From Candidatus Acidiferrales bacterium (lineage in GTDB: Bacteria > Acidobacteriota > Terriglobia > Acidiferrales > UBA7541): a stretch of DNA of 47,737 nt. The position numbers and the translations under genes were made by a program. Below the pieces are notes generated by a model, which saw only the letters and a program-made list of their open reading frames with translations, was not told where the DNA came from and searched no databases. The DNA lies in assembly GCA_035258265.1 (NCBI GenBank), contig DATEVZ010000312.1:1-47737 (forward strand). The letters are read 5' to 3'. This document shows, in pieces, positions 27,672 through 36,472 of this stretch (position 1 is the stretch's first letter; the number at the start of each line of letters is the position of its first letter).

Positions 27672-28004
27672 CTAACCCGCCAAAGTAAACGTCACGAATA
27701 GCGCTACCGCTCCAACGCATCCCAGCGCGCCGAGAAACAAGAGGTCCGCGGCCCGCGCGAGCCTGATTCTTCGCGGGCGGCTCTCCGACCGCAGCGCCAC
27801 ATACGACAGGATCGTCGCAATCAGAAAACCGAGCGAAACGAACGAAAGAAAATTGTCAGCCAGCGTCGTGATCTTTTCGAAGCGCGTGTAGATTTTGATC
27901 AGTCCGATGGCAGTCAGGCACAACATCAGCATGTTCGGCGCGTTCGCAAATATCTTTTCAGAAATATCAACCTCGTGTTGCTGTTCCACCCTGGCATTGG
28001 ACAT
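27672..28004 (-). CDS. Small (110-aa) three-TM membrane protein of unknown function
   Basis: The internal ATG at 28004 is preceded by AGGGGGA, and the rest is hydrophobic helices. No family was recognised. Confidence 0.5.
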   Translation of the reverse strand: MSNARVEQQHEVDISEKIFANAPNMLMLCLTAIGLIKIYTRFEKITTLADNFLSFVSLGFLIATILSYVALRSESRPRRIRLARAADLLFLGALGCVGAVALFVTFTLAG

Positions 28005-28091
28005 GGGTCCCCCTTGATTTTTGCAATCGTCTCGCGCGTGAGTGTAACTCAGCCGGCTCGCCCTCCGCACCTGCGAGAACTATTTGCGAGT

Positions 28092-28115
28092 GCGGGAGCT
28101 TCTCCCGCCTTTTCT
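28092..28115. terminator. Perfect 7-bp GC hairpin GCGGGAG-CTT-CTCCCGC followed by CTTTTCT on the + strand
   Basis: Seen directly in the sequence. It lies between the KAS gene end (28198) and the small membrane gene start (28004). The orientation that carries the T-tract has no obvious upstream + strand gene. Confidence 0.3.
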
Positions 28116-28197
28116 GAGGCGAGGCTTGCCCGCTGCCTTTCGTCAACACCGACGGAATTGGCACAAAAGCGAGAGCTGAATTCAGGCGAAGCGGAAA

Positions 28198-29418
28198 CTA
28201 ACGCGGAACAGCGCGGAAAGCGATCACAGCGTTCAAGCCACCGAACGCAAAGGAATTCGAAAGCGCGGCTTCCACCTGCAAAGCGCGCGGTTGATTGGGA
28301 ATGTAATCCAGGTCGCACTCGGGATCGCGCTCGTTGTAGTTCGCAGTAGGCGGCAATATGCCGTGATACAGCGCAAGCAATGTAGCCACAGCTTCCAGCG
28401 CCCCAGCCGCGCCCAGCACGTGCCCATGCATCGATTTAGTGGAACTCACGCCGATCTTGTCCGCATGCGCCCCAAACACCTCGCGGATCGCGCTGCTTTC
28501 CACCGGGTCGTTCCCGGGCGTCCCCGTTCCGTGCGCATTAATATAGCCCACCGACTCCGGGGCAAGCCCCGCTTCGCGCAAAGCCCCGCGCATCGCGCGC
28601 GCCGGTCCCTGCACGGTAGGCTGCGTCAAGTGGTGCGCGTCGGCCGTCATCCCGAATCCGCAGATTTCGCCGTAGATTTTCGCCCCGCGCGCCTTTGCTG
28701 CTTCCATCGGCTCCAGCACCATCATTGCGCCGCCTTCGCCCAAAATCAGCCCGCGGCGATCCTTGCTGAAAGGACGGCACGTATCCGGTGCAACCACCCG
28801 CATCGCTTCCCACGCCTTCAACATTCCGATCGTGAACATTGCCTCGCTGCCGCCGGTCATCGCGAGTTCGGCCTCGCCGTCGCGCACCAATCGAAACGCC
28901 TGGCCGATAGCATGATTCGCCGACGAACACGCCGTCGAAACCGTGTAAGTCGGTCCACTCAGACCCATGTCCATCGCGATGTGGCTAGCCCCGGCGTTGG
29001 CCATCGTCTTAGGAATCGTCAACGGATGCACGCGCCCGCGCCCTTGAACCCACAGATCCTCGAAACCCGATTCAATCGCGGCCTGGCCGCCTACGGCCGA
29101 ACCGCACACGATGGCGGAGTTCTCGCGCAGCTCCGGAGTCAGTTGGACGCCGGAATTGCGCAACGCCTCGCGCGCTGCCACTACTGAAAATTGCGCGAAG
29201 CGGTCAATGTAAGCGTCCTTCCCACCTTCGAAATGTTTCAGCGGTTCGTAGTCGCGCACCTCGGCGCCATTCTGAAAACGCAATGCGGAACAATCCACAC
29301 TCTTGATGGGGCCAATCCCGGAAAGGCCGAGCTTGAGGGACTTCCAGGAATCCTCGAGGTTCAAGCCCAGCGGAGAAATAATTCCTAGACCGGTGACGGC
29401 GACTCGGCGCGGCGCCAT
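28198..29418 (-). CDS. Beta-ketoacyl-ACP synthase (KAS I/II, FabF/NodE-like)
   Basis: Catalytic Cys in VSTACSS, and the two His residues in ADAHHLTQP and INAHGTGT. Length 406 aa. It starts 3 nt after the ACP gene. Confidence 0.9.
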   Translation of the reverse strand: MAPRRVAVTGLGIISPLGLNLEDSWKSLKLGLSGIGPIKSVDCSALRFQNGAEVRDYEPLKHFEGGKDAYIDRFAQFSVVAAREALRNSGVQLTPELRENSAIVCGSAVGGQAAIESGFEDLWVQGRGRVHPLTIPKTMANAGASHIAMDMGLSGPTYTVSTACSSANHAIGQAFRLVRDGEAELAMTGGSEAMFTIGMLKAWEAMRVVAPDTCRPFSKDRRGLILGEGGAMMVLEPMEAAKARGAKIYGEICGFGMTADAHHLTQPTVQGPARAMRGALREAGLAPESVGYINAHGTGTPGNDPVESSAIREVFGAHADKIGVSSTKSMHGHVLGAAGALEAVATLLALYHGILPPTANYNERDPECDLDYIPNQPRALQVEAALSNSFAFGGLNAVIAFRAVPR

Positions 29419-29421
29419 TCG

Positions 29422-29703
29422 TCAATCCGCCGGTGTGGCCGAACCCAGCGAAGAATCGGGCGGTGCGGCGGCGAGCAATTTCTTGATCCCGTCCACCACA
29501 TCATTGACGGTGCGCAGGGAGCGCACGTCATCGTCCGGTATCGAAATCTTGAATGCGTTTTCGAGCTCGAACAGCAGCGTGAATACGTCCAGCGAGTCGA
29601 TGCCCAGGTCCTGCAGATTCGTTTCCAGGGTGATCTTGTCGGCCGGAATTCGCTTCACCGACGCCAGCGTGCTGATCACCTTCTCCGCAACTGCATCAGA
29701 CAT
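29422..29703 (-). CDS. Acyl carrier protein (stand-alone, NodF/AcpXL-like context)
   Basis: Phosphopantetheine attachment motif LGIDSLDVFTLLFELE. At 93 aa it carries a C-terminal tail beyond a typical AcpP. Confidence 0.85.
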   Translation of the reverse strand: MSDAVAEKVISTLASVKRIPADKITLETNLQDLGIDSLDVFTLLFELENAFKISIPDDDVRSLRTVNDVVDGIKKLLAAAPPDSSLGSATPAD

Positions 29704-29892
29704 CGAACATACCCTCCGTTGGTTAAAAGCCCGCCGAACCCCTCAGCGAACGCGCTCTCGCCCGCCACAGCGTCCGGAATCCCGCTGTGCACAAACTTAA
29801 ACCGTAGCCGAACTTTCGCCGATAATCAAATTCTAGCAGGACTGCGCGCCTCCCGGCTCCATGTTTTTCCGCCCTGAAATTCCCAGTTCCCG

Positions 29893-30432
29893 CTAGCGCT
29901 TTGTCGCCGCAGGCGGAGCCGTCGCGCTCACCGGTGGCTCGAATTCCATCAGGGCCGGCGGCGGAAGTTTTTGAATGTTGCTCAAGAAAGTGACGAGCTG
30001 CCAGGTTTGCGTCTCGTTGAGCGTCTTGTTCCAGTAAGGCATCCCAGTCCAGCGAATGCCATGCTGGATGATGTAAAAATTCTGGTTTTCCGGCATGTCC
30101 GGCGCGTCCTTGAAAAATGCCGGCACCGGCGGATTGAATGACTTCCCAAGCTGGCTTTCCGGATTCGAAGGCACTCCGTGACAGCCTGCGCAGTGGTCCA
30201 CATACAGCTTCGCGCCGGCGACCAGATTTTCCTCGCTCGCGGGAATAGGATTCTTCGAATCGGGAGCGTTGCGTTCGGTCGCCGCATCCACGGCGGACAT
30301 CGCCATGTGACGCTCGACCCGGGACGGCGGCTGGTCGGCACTGAAGTTCACGTAACCCTCATGCAGCAAGAAATATCCACCGACGAAGATGACGATAAGA
30401 GTGAATAAAATTCCGAAAAGAAAGGCTCTCAT
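29893..30432 (-). CDS. Membrane-anchored monohaem c-type cytochrome
   Basis: N-terminal TM (FLFGILFTLIVIFVGGYFLL) and a single CAGCH motif, with a distal Met candidate in the WTGMPYW region. Confidence 0.8.
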   Translation of the reverse strand: MRAFLFGILFTLIVIFVGGYFLLHEGYVNFSADQPPSRVERHMAMSAVDAATERNAPDSKNPIPASEENLVAGAKLYVDHCAGCHGVPSNPESQLGKSFNPPVPAFFKDAPDMPENQNFYIIQHGIRWTGMPYWNKTLNETQTWQLVTFLSNIQKLPPPALMEFEPPVSATAPPAATKR

Positions 30433-30478
30433 ATGAGAATCGCCTCCTCCTGTTTAGATGTGCCGTATCCCTACCCAG

Positions 30479-31645
30479 CTATTTTGTGTCAGCCAGCCGG
30501 TTATATTTCTTCAGCACTTCGCGCAACCGGTCATGCGGCAGCGCTTCCACGGTATGTCTGTCCGCTCCGGTCATCGTCTTGGACGCCACCAATGCGTTCA
30601 CCACCGCTTCTTCCGCCGCTTGCACGGTGGCTTCGAAGAGCGCATCCAGGCGGTCGTTGGGCAGCATCTGCAACGTCACAACTTTCTTCTGCTCCAGGCC
30701 TGCTCCGACATTCGCAGTGGAAAAAGCGATGAAGATATCGCCTGAACTGTCGCCCGAAATGCTGCCCAGGCGTCCGAGTCCCAGCGTCACGCGCTTCGCG
30801 ATTCGCTTCATCTGGCTCGGCAGTAAAGGCGCGTCCGTCGCCACCACCACGATAATCGAGCCGGTATCGTCGCCCCAAACCGGCTTTCCGGTGATTTCGT
30901 ACCCCACCGGAGTTCCGGCGATGCGCAAGAGATGCCGCACCCCGAAATTGCATTGCACCAACACGCCAACGGTATAGCCTCCGAGCTTCTCCGACAATTT
31001 GCGCGACGCTGTCCCCGTCCCGCCCTTGAACTCGAAACAAATCATTCCTGTCCCGCCGCCGACATTGCCCTCCGCGATTGCTCCGCCATGCGCATCCTGC
31101 ATCGCCGCGTCGGCGTCTGCCGCCGTCACATGAAACCCGTTGATGTCGTTCAAATATCCGTCCCAAGTCTCGGCGACAACCGGCAGTGACCACCAGTCCT
31201 CCAGCGGAAGCATCGGCCCATGCTTCAACTGCCGCGCAATAACGGCGTCGCGCACCACTCCCACGCTGTGGGTGTTGGTGATCATCACCGGGCCATAAAG
31301 AAAGCCCGATTCCTCAACCCAAGTTGTGCCGGTCATTTCTCCGTTGCCGTTTTCCGTGAACCATCCAGCAAACACAGGATCGACGCTGCTGTTACCACGC
31401 GGGAAGACGGCAGTGACGCCCGTCCGCACCGGCCCCTTCCCAACTTCCAATTTCCCTTCGCCGGATATCAACGTGCGATAACCAACCTCGACGCCTTTCA
31501 CGTCGGTGATCGCATTCAACGGTCCGGGTGTCCCTTCGAAGGGCACACCCAATTCCCTCGCTCGCGGTTCCGCCTGCGCGCGCACAATCGAACAAGACGC
31601 CAAAGCAATAACCGCAGCAAGAAATATCACAATAAAACGTCTCAT
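30479..31645 (-). CDS. P1-family (S58, DmpA/BapA-like) aminopeptidase, secreted
   Basis: Signal peptide MRRFIVIFLAAVIALASCSIVRA, then GPLNAITDVKGVEVG, GNGEMTGT and GGGTGMICFEFKGGTGTAS. The ATG at 31645 overlaps the upstream stop (ATGA), whereas the ORF track start at 31846 is an extension. Confidence 0.85.
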   Translation of the reverse strand: MRRFIVIFLAAVIALASCSIVRAQAEPRARELGVPFEGTPGPLNAITDVKGVEVGYRTLISGEGKLEVGKGPVRTGVTAVFPRGNSSVDPVFAGWFTENGNGEMTGTTWVEESGFLYGPVMITNTHSVGVVRDAVIARQLKHGPMLPLEDWWSLPVVAETWDGYLNDINGFHVTAADADAAMQDAHGGAIAEGNVGGGTGMICFEFKGGTGTASRKLSEKLGGYTVGVLVQCNFGVRHLLRIAGTPVGYEITGKPVWGDDTGSIIVVVATDAPLLPSQMKRIAKRVTLGLGRLGSISGDSSGDIFIAFSTANVGAGLEQKKVVTLQMLPNDRLDALFEATVQAAEEAVVNALVASKTMTGADRHTVEALPHDRLREVLKKYNRLADTK

Positions 31646-33873
31646 TGTTTCCCGGCCTCTGAAATGGAATCCAACTGTTTCCTGATCTGCTGCAATAGCG
31701 CCGTATTTTTCTCGAGTTCGCCTTCCAGAATTTTTGCCTGCTGCGACGCCACAGGCCAATTCCCGGCTTCGACCGCTTCGGTCAATCCCGGCAGTTCCAG
31801 GTGCGCGTACGTGTAACGCGTGGCATAAATCGAATGTTTGAACCACGGTCGCCCTGGTATTCCCTCCTGATTACACCAGTTTCGCTCGACCTGCATCATT
31901 TCCTGATTCACGCGCCCTGTGGAACCCGCGTCCCACCGCCCGCTCGCAACCGCCTGTGTCAACGCGATGTTCAGATCGCGCCCCGCCGCTTCGAAATCGG
32001 CAACGTGCCGCTGCAAGGAAGCGAGATCAATGTGCCCATTCACTTGGTTCGCCAAATTCAAATCCACCACGAACTGCCGGATGTTTTCTCCATAGCTCTG
32101 AAAATCAAACGGCAAAATTTCGGCATTGGCCAAGCGCAGCGCCAGCACGCCCCACAGTTGTGACATCAGCCGGTGATAGCGGTACTCCGGATCACCGAAG
32201 TGATTCATCCAGAAAAAATCGTCGTACATCGAATGGTAGACGCCGTAGGGGCCGACGAACGTCAAGCCCATTACGGGAATGCCTAGATAATTCAGGAAAA
32301 CTGTATGGTCGGAACCGCTGCCAATCCGCGTGTTCGGCAGATCGAAATCCGGCACTGGCTGTTTCACACCGAGCTGCGCCTGGCGCGAAACTTTCCACTC
32401 GTCATAAAGAGTGCCTCCCGAAGGAGCAGGCAACGTGTGGCTCACATCCACCAGCAACGGCGCGAGCGAACCCACCGCATCACCCTGAAAATTCCTGCCG
32501 GACGTCGCCTCATCCACATTCAGATAGGCCACGGCCTTCTGCTTCAATTCATCCGCGTACTGCTCGCCCCATTCCGTCGAACCCGTCAGCGCGTATTCCT
32601 CGCCATCCCAACTGCAAAAAACCAGGGTGCGCTTCGGACGAACTCCCTTTTGCAGCAACTTGCCCAGGCCGCGAGTCGTCTCCAGCAGCGCCGCCGTGCC
32701 ACTCGAAGGGTCCACCGCGCCGTAGACCCAGGCATCGCGATGATTGCCCAGGATCACCCACTCGTCGGGCGATTCGCTCCCTCGGATTCGCGCCTCCGTC
32801 ACGTAATACGGCTGAACGCGCGTATCCATATCAACTTTCAAATGCGCCACCACACGCTCACCACCGATACGGTACTTGATGGGCAATCCGCCCTGCCACG
32901 CATCCGGCGCGACGGGACCATCCATTTTTTCCAGTAGCGGCTTCGCATCGTGCCACGATAGTGGAACGCCCAGGATCTTTGGCAGCGTTTTCGCTTGCTC
33001 TACGGGAATTCGCGGCGCTCCAGGGACCGACCCGTAACCCGGCGTCTGGGGATCGCCCGGCTCTAGAAAATCGTAAGTGATTGCGCCGCGCTGAATGTGG
33101 CTTTCCGGCCCCCACGGTCCATCCGGATACACCGCGCCCTTCGTATAACCATCCTCAGCAGGATCGGAATAAATCAAAATCGCCGCCGCGCCCAGCCGCT
33201 CCGCGGTCAGCGCCTTGAATCCGCGATAGCTGTACGGCAGCGAATAGCGCACCAGCACGATTTTCCCGCGGACGTCAATTCCGTGCTGGCGCAAATAATC
33301 GTAGTCCTCGGGATTGCCGCTATGCGCGTACACCACCGGCGCGGTGATTTCTCCCGAAGCGGAATATCCCAGGTAAGCGCCATCCATTTTGGGATTGCTC
33401 GTGTCCGGATCAACGTTGTAAGCCTCTTCGTGTAACCCAGCACGATAGTATTTGGGTTTGGCCATCTCCAGCGAGATTTCGCGCGGCGAGGAATTCAGCA
33501 CGTCGTATTCGTGGATGGTCACATCCTCCAGCCCCTGCTCGCGCCATTGGTCCGCCACCCAGTTCGCCAGATCGTTGTTGCGCGGCGAGCCGGCCGGATG
33601 CGGCTCCGCCGTCAGGTAACGATGAAATTTCATGATTTCGCTGGAGGAAATCGAATCGCGAAACGCAAGCTCCGTGGCATTTTCTGCCACAGCCGCCCGC
33701 GGTGAGAATCCCGACATTCTCGGGACGTCGGAAGAAGCTGCCGCCAGCGCCACGCTGAAAAGCACGATTACCGCCGCTAGAGAAAACACGCGTCGCCGAT
33801 CGCCACGCCCATGCTCACAGCGCTCAGGCCGGCGCAGATGTGCCTCCCGCCCCAGCCGTGTGAGTTCTCTCAA
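31642..33873 (-). CDS. M28-family peptidase of the PSMA/glutamate carboxypeptidase II type (PA domain plus transferrin-receptor-like dimerisation domain)
   Basis: PA-domain block GKIVLVRYS...AAAILIYSDP, M28 core with GNHRDAW and CSWDGEEYALTGSTEW, and a helical dimerisation tail. The start is uncertain: the ORF start overlaps the aminotransferase gene by 50 nt, and the signal-like VFSLAAVIVLFSVALAAA follows. Confidence 0.85.
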   Translation of the reverse strand: MRELTRLGREAHLRRPERCEHGRGDRRRVFSLAAVIVLFSVALAAASSDVPRMSGFSPRAAVAENATELAFRDSISSSEIMKFHRYLTAEPHPAGSPRNNDLANWVADQWREQGLEDVTIHEYDVLNSSPREISLEMAKPKYYRAGLHEEAYNVDPDTSNPKMDGAYLGYSASGEITAPVVYAHSGNPEDYDYLRQHGIDVRGKIVLVRYSLPYSYRGFKALTAERLGAAAILIYSDPAEDGYTKGAVYPDGPWGPESHIQRGAITYDFLEPGDPQTPGYGSVPGAPRIPVEQAKTLPKILGVPLSWHDAKPLLEKMDGPVAPDAWQGGLPIKYRIGGERVVAHLKVDMDTRVQPYYVTEARIRGSESPDEWVILGNHRDAWVYGAVDPSSGTAALLETTRGLGKLLQKGVRPKRTLVFCSWDGEEYALTGSTEWGEQYADELKQKAVAYLNVDEATSGRNFQGDAVGSLAPLLVDVSHTLPAPSGGTLYDEWKVSRQAQLGVKQPVPDFDLPNTRIGSGSDHTVFLNYLGIPVMGLTFVGPYGVYHSMYDDFFWMNHFGDPEYRYHRLMSQLWGVLALRLANAEILPFDFQSYGENIRQFVVDLNLANQVNGHIDLASLQRHVADFEAAGRDLNIALTQAVASGRWDAGSTGRVNQEMMQVERNWCNQEGIPGRPWFKHSIYATRYTYAHLELPGLTEAVEAGNWPVASQQAKILEGELEKNTALLQQIRKQLDSISEAGKQ

Positions 33874-35194
33874 GCTCCCCGATCGCGCGTTCCAACCCGC
33901 TGACCAGCATGTGAATCATCCCCGTCGTAATCGTGAAAGGCGGAGCGATCAAAATGTGATCCCCGCGCACGCCATCCACGCAGCCTTGAATCGGATATGT
34001 CATCACGCCGGCCTCGAACGCGTCCTCTTGAATCCGCACGGCCACGCGCGCATCCGCCGGAAATGGTGCTCGAGTCTTCGTGTCACTCACGAATTCAATG
34101 CCAAGCAGCAAGCCCACGCCTCGAATATCGCCAATCACCGAAAATCTCTTCAGCGGGTCCAGCGCCTCGCGCAACTCGTTGCCCACCACCTGCACGCGCT
34201 CGAAGAGTTGTTCGCCCTCGATATAATCGAGCACAGCATTCCCCGCTGCCACCGCTACTGGATGCGCGTTGTACGTAAAGCCGTGCAGAAACGTGCCGGA
34301 GCCGCGCGAAATCGCATCCACCACGTGTCCCGCCGCGATCACCGCGCCCAACGGGGCATACCCGCTCGCGATTCCCTTGCCGACCAAAACCATGTCCGGC
34401 GTCACGCCCCAATGTTCGATCGCGAAAGTTTTGCCGGTACGTCCCATCCCGCTCATCACTTCGTCCGCGATCAGCAGAATTCCGTGTCGGCGGCAAATCT
34501 CGGCCAACCGCTGCACGTAACCTTCAGGCGGAGCCACCGCACCCAAGGTCGCGCCAGATACCGGCTCGAATATGAAAGCCGCGACGTCCTTCGATCCGTC
34601 GCGCTCCAGCACGCGATCGAGTTCGTCGGCGCAATCCACATTGCATTCCGGATAACGCAAGCCAAATGGACACCGGTAGCAATAGCACGGCGGAATGTGC
34701 CCCCATTCCTTAAGCATCGGCGCGAACGGCTCGCGACGCCGCACATTGCCCGAAACAGAAAGCGCTCCCAGCGTGCTGCCGTGATAACTCTGCTGCCGCG
34801 AAAGCACGCGGTGACGTTTCTTCTCGCCCCGTTCGATCCAATATTGGCGCGCGAGTTTCAGCGCGGTCTCGGTGGCTTCGGAACCGCCGGAAGTGAAATA
34901 GACGCGCCCATCCTTCCGCATTCCACGTGGGGCAAGCGCCAGAATCCGCGTAGCGAACTTCTCGGCAATGGCAGTTTGAAATTGCGAGGAATGAACGTAG
35001 GCCAGCCGCGCGCCTTGCTCCGCCATCGCGCGCGAAATTTCTTGCACGCCGTGCCCGATGGTGACGACCGCCGCCCCGCCCGACGCGTCCAGATAACGGC
35101 GCCCCTCCGCCGTATAAATGAAGCATCCCTCCGCCCGCACCGCCTGCGGATAAGCCTTCAAGAAACTTCGCGGGAATACAGCCTTGTCCGTCAT
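33824..35194 (-). CDS. Class-III (omega-type) PLP-dependent aminotransferase
   Basis: FTSGGSEATETALKLAR, ADEVMSGMGRTG and the PLP-lysine region VLVGKGIASGY. Length 456 aa. Confidence 0.9.
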   Translation of the reverse strand: MTDKAVFPRSFLKAYPQAVRAEGCFIYTAEGRRYLDASGGAAVVTIGHGVQEISRAMAEQGARLAYVHSSQFQTAIAEKFATRILALAPRGMRKDGRVYFTSGGSEATETALKLARQYWIERGEKKRHRVLSRQQSYHGSTLGALSVSGNVRRREPFAPMLKEWGHIPPCYCYRCPFGLRYPECNVDCADELDRVLERDGSKDVAAFIFEPVSGATLGAVAPPEGYVQRLAEICRRHGILLIADEVMSGMGRTGKTFAIEHWGVTPDMVLVGKGIASGYAPLGAVIAAGHVVDAISRGSGTFLHGFTYNAHPVAVAAGNAVLDYIEGEQLFERVQVVGNELREALDPLKRFSVIGDIRGVGLLLGIEFVSDTKTRAPFPADARVAVRIQEDAFEAGVMTYPIQGCVDGVRGDHILIAPPFTITTGMIHMLVSGLERAIGELERTHTAGAGGTSAPA

Positions 35195-35285
35195 TGGCCG
35201 CCGGGTGACCGCCGACTCTGCGAGCGCTCAGCTCCAAGATTCGCGCGCGCTCTTACGTAACTATGATGATTTTCGTCAGGGCACG

Positions 35286-35338
35286 GCCTCAGCAGTGCGG
35301 CAACTGCCGCGATGTCGTCCGCGGCTTTCACCGCTGAG
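35286..35338. repeat. Nested-hairpin element in the ppk2/aminotransferase gap
   Basis: Outer 11-bp stem CCTCAGCAGTG/CACCGCTGAGG (10 of 11 paired). Inside, GCCGC(G) can pair either with the upstream GCGGC (35296-35300) or with the downstream CGCGGC (35319-35324). It shares a GCGGCAAC...CGATG core with the 70-nt repeat family. Confidence 0.45.
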
Positions 35339-35415
35339 GGCTGAATCTCAACTTCAAGCACACACCTAAAAGACGAGCGATTCTAGCAGAAATCCTGCTT
35401 CCAACAATCGCACGC

Positions 35416-36267
35416 TTACCTCTGTTTCAATTTCTTCACGTCCATCGTCGGTGCCGGAAACTTCAGTTTCATTCCCTCCAGCGTCTCGGAGATGATGTGC
35501 GAAACCGCGAGATTGCGGAACCATTTCTTGTTCGCGGGAATAATGAACCACGGCGCTGCTTTCGTATTGCAACGTGTGAGCGCGTCCTGGTACGCCTCGG
35601 TGTAATCGTCCCAGAATTTCCGCTCGTTGAAATCCGCTTCCGAAACCTTCCAGCGCTTCTCCGGGTCGTCCACGCGCTTGATCAGGCGTTTCTTCTGTTC
35701 GTCCTTGTTGATGTGCAGAAAGAATTTCAAAATCTTGACGTTATTTGCGTCCAGATACTCCTCGAACTGATTGATTTGATCGTAGCGCTGCGACCACATC
35801 GCCTTCGGCACCAGATTGTGCACTCGAACGATCAGCACATCCTCGTAATGCGAGCGGTTGAAGATTCCGATATCGCCATATCCCGGCACCGCGTGGTGCA
35901 CGCGCCACAAGTAATCGTGCGCAGCCTCTTGCGGCGACGGCGCCTTAAAAGCCGTAACGCTGCAACCCTGTGGATTCACCCCGGACATTACGTGCCGGAT
36001 GGTGCCGTCCTTCCCCGCCGCGTCGCGCCCCTGAAAAACGACCAGCAATGCGTGCTTACGATTGGCGTAAAGAAGGTACTGCAGGTGATCCCGTTTCTTG
36101 ATGGCCTTATCTAGGCTAGCTTTCATTGTGTGATTCTTGCCCCAGCCTAGTGTCTCGTTAGGATCGAACTTCTCCAATTTCACTTTCTTTCCCGGCTTTA
36201 CCATCAGTTCCTTCGTGCAGTTCGTAGCCACGGGTCCGCGCGCCTTCCTGTTTTTTGCCTGTTGCAT
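35416..36267 (-). CDS. ppk2: Polyphosphate kinase 2 family protein (single-domain PPK2)
   Basis: Walker A FQGRDAAGKDGT, then HDYLWRVH and IFNRSHYEDVL motifs. An alternative, better-supported start is the ATG at 36204, preceded by GAAGGA at 36214-36209. Confidence 0.9.
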   Translation of the reverse strand: MQQAKNRKARGPVATNCTKELMVKPGKKVKLEKFDPNETLGWGKNHTMKASLDKAIKKRDHLQYLLYANRKHALLVVFQGRDAAGKDGTIRHVMSGVNPQGCSVTAFKAPSPQEAAHDYLWRVHHAVPGYGDIGIFNRSHYEDVLIVRVHNLVPKAMWSQRYDQINQFEEYLDANNVKILKFFLHINKDEQKKRLIKRVDDPEKRWKVSEADFNERKFWDDYTEAYQDALTRCNTKAAPWFIIPANKKWFRNLAVSHIISETLEGMKLKFPAPTMDVKKLKQR

Positions 36268-36269
36268 TC

Positions 36270-36339
36270 CTAGCGACGCACTTTAGTGCGCCAGCGGTGT
36301 CGCGGCAACCATCGATGGCGGTCTGAAGACCGCCGCTAC
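36270..36339 (+). repeat. Copy B of the ~70-nt structured repeat
   Basis: Sequence CTAGCGACGCACTTTAGTGCGCCAGCGGTGTCGCGGCAACCATCGATGGCGGTCTGAAGACCGCCGCTAC. Hairpin 3 is a perfect 7-bp stem (GGCGGTC-TGAA-GACCGCC). It starts 3 nt beyond the first ATG of the ppk2 ORF. Confidence 0.8.
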
Positions 36340-36370
36340 AAAGGCTGGTGCCGTTTCCGCGCACGCTTCA

Positions 36371-36380
36371 ATCACGTGAT
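36371..36380. promoter_or_regulatory. Perfect 10-nt palindrome ATCACGTGAT in the ppk2/tmk-like divergent region
   Basis: Seen directly in the sequence. The binding factor is unknown. Confidence 0.3.
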
Positions 36381-36472
36381 GAGCGACCACACTCCAACAA
36401 ATTCCAACACCCTCAATCTTTGGTTGTAACACTTTTTTCACGTTTGGGCTTATAGTTCCGCGATATCATAGA

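Noticed and set aside
33632-35260. 542-aa + strand ORF, the third longest ORF in the track
   Set aside because: It is antisense to the class-III aminotransferase, which has clear PLP-enzyme motifs. The translation is dominated by Arg, His, Ala and Pro, and it has no start context.
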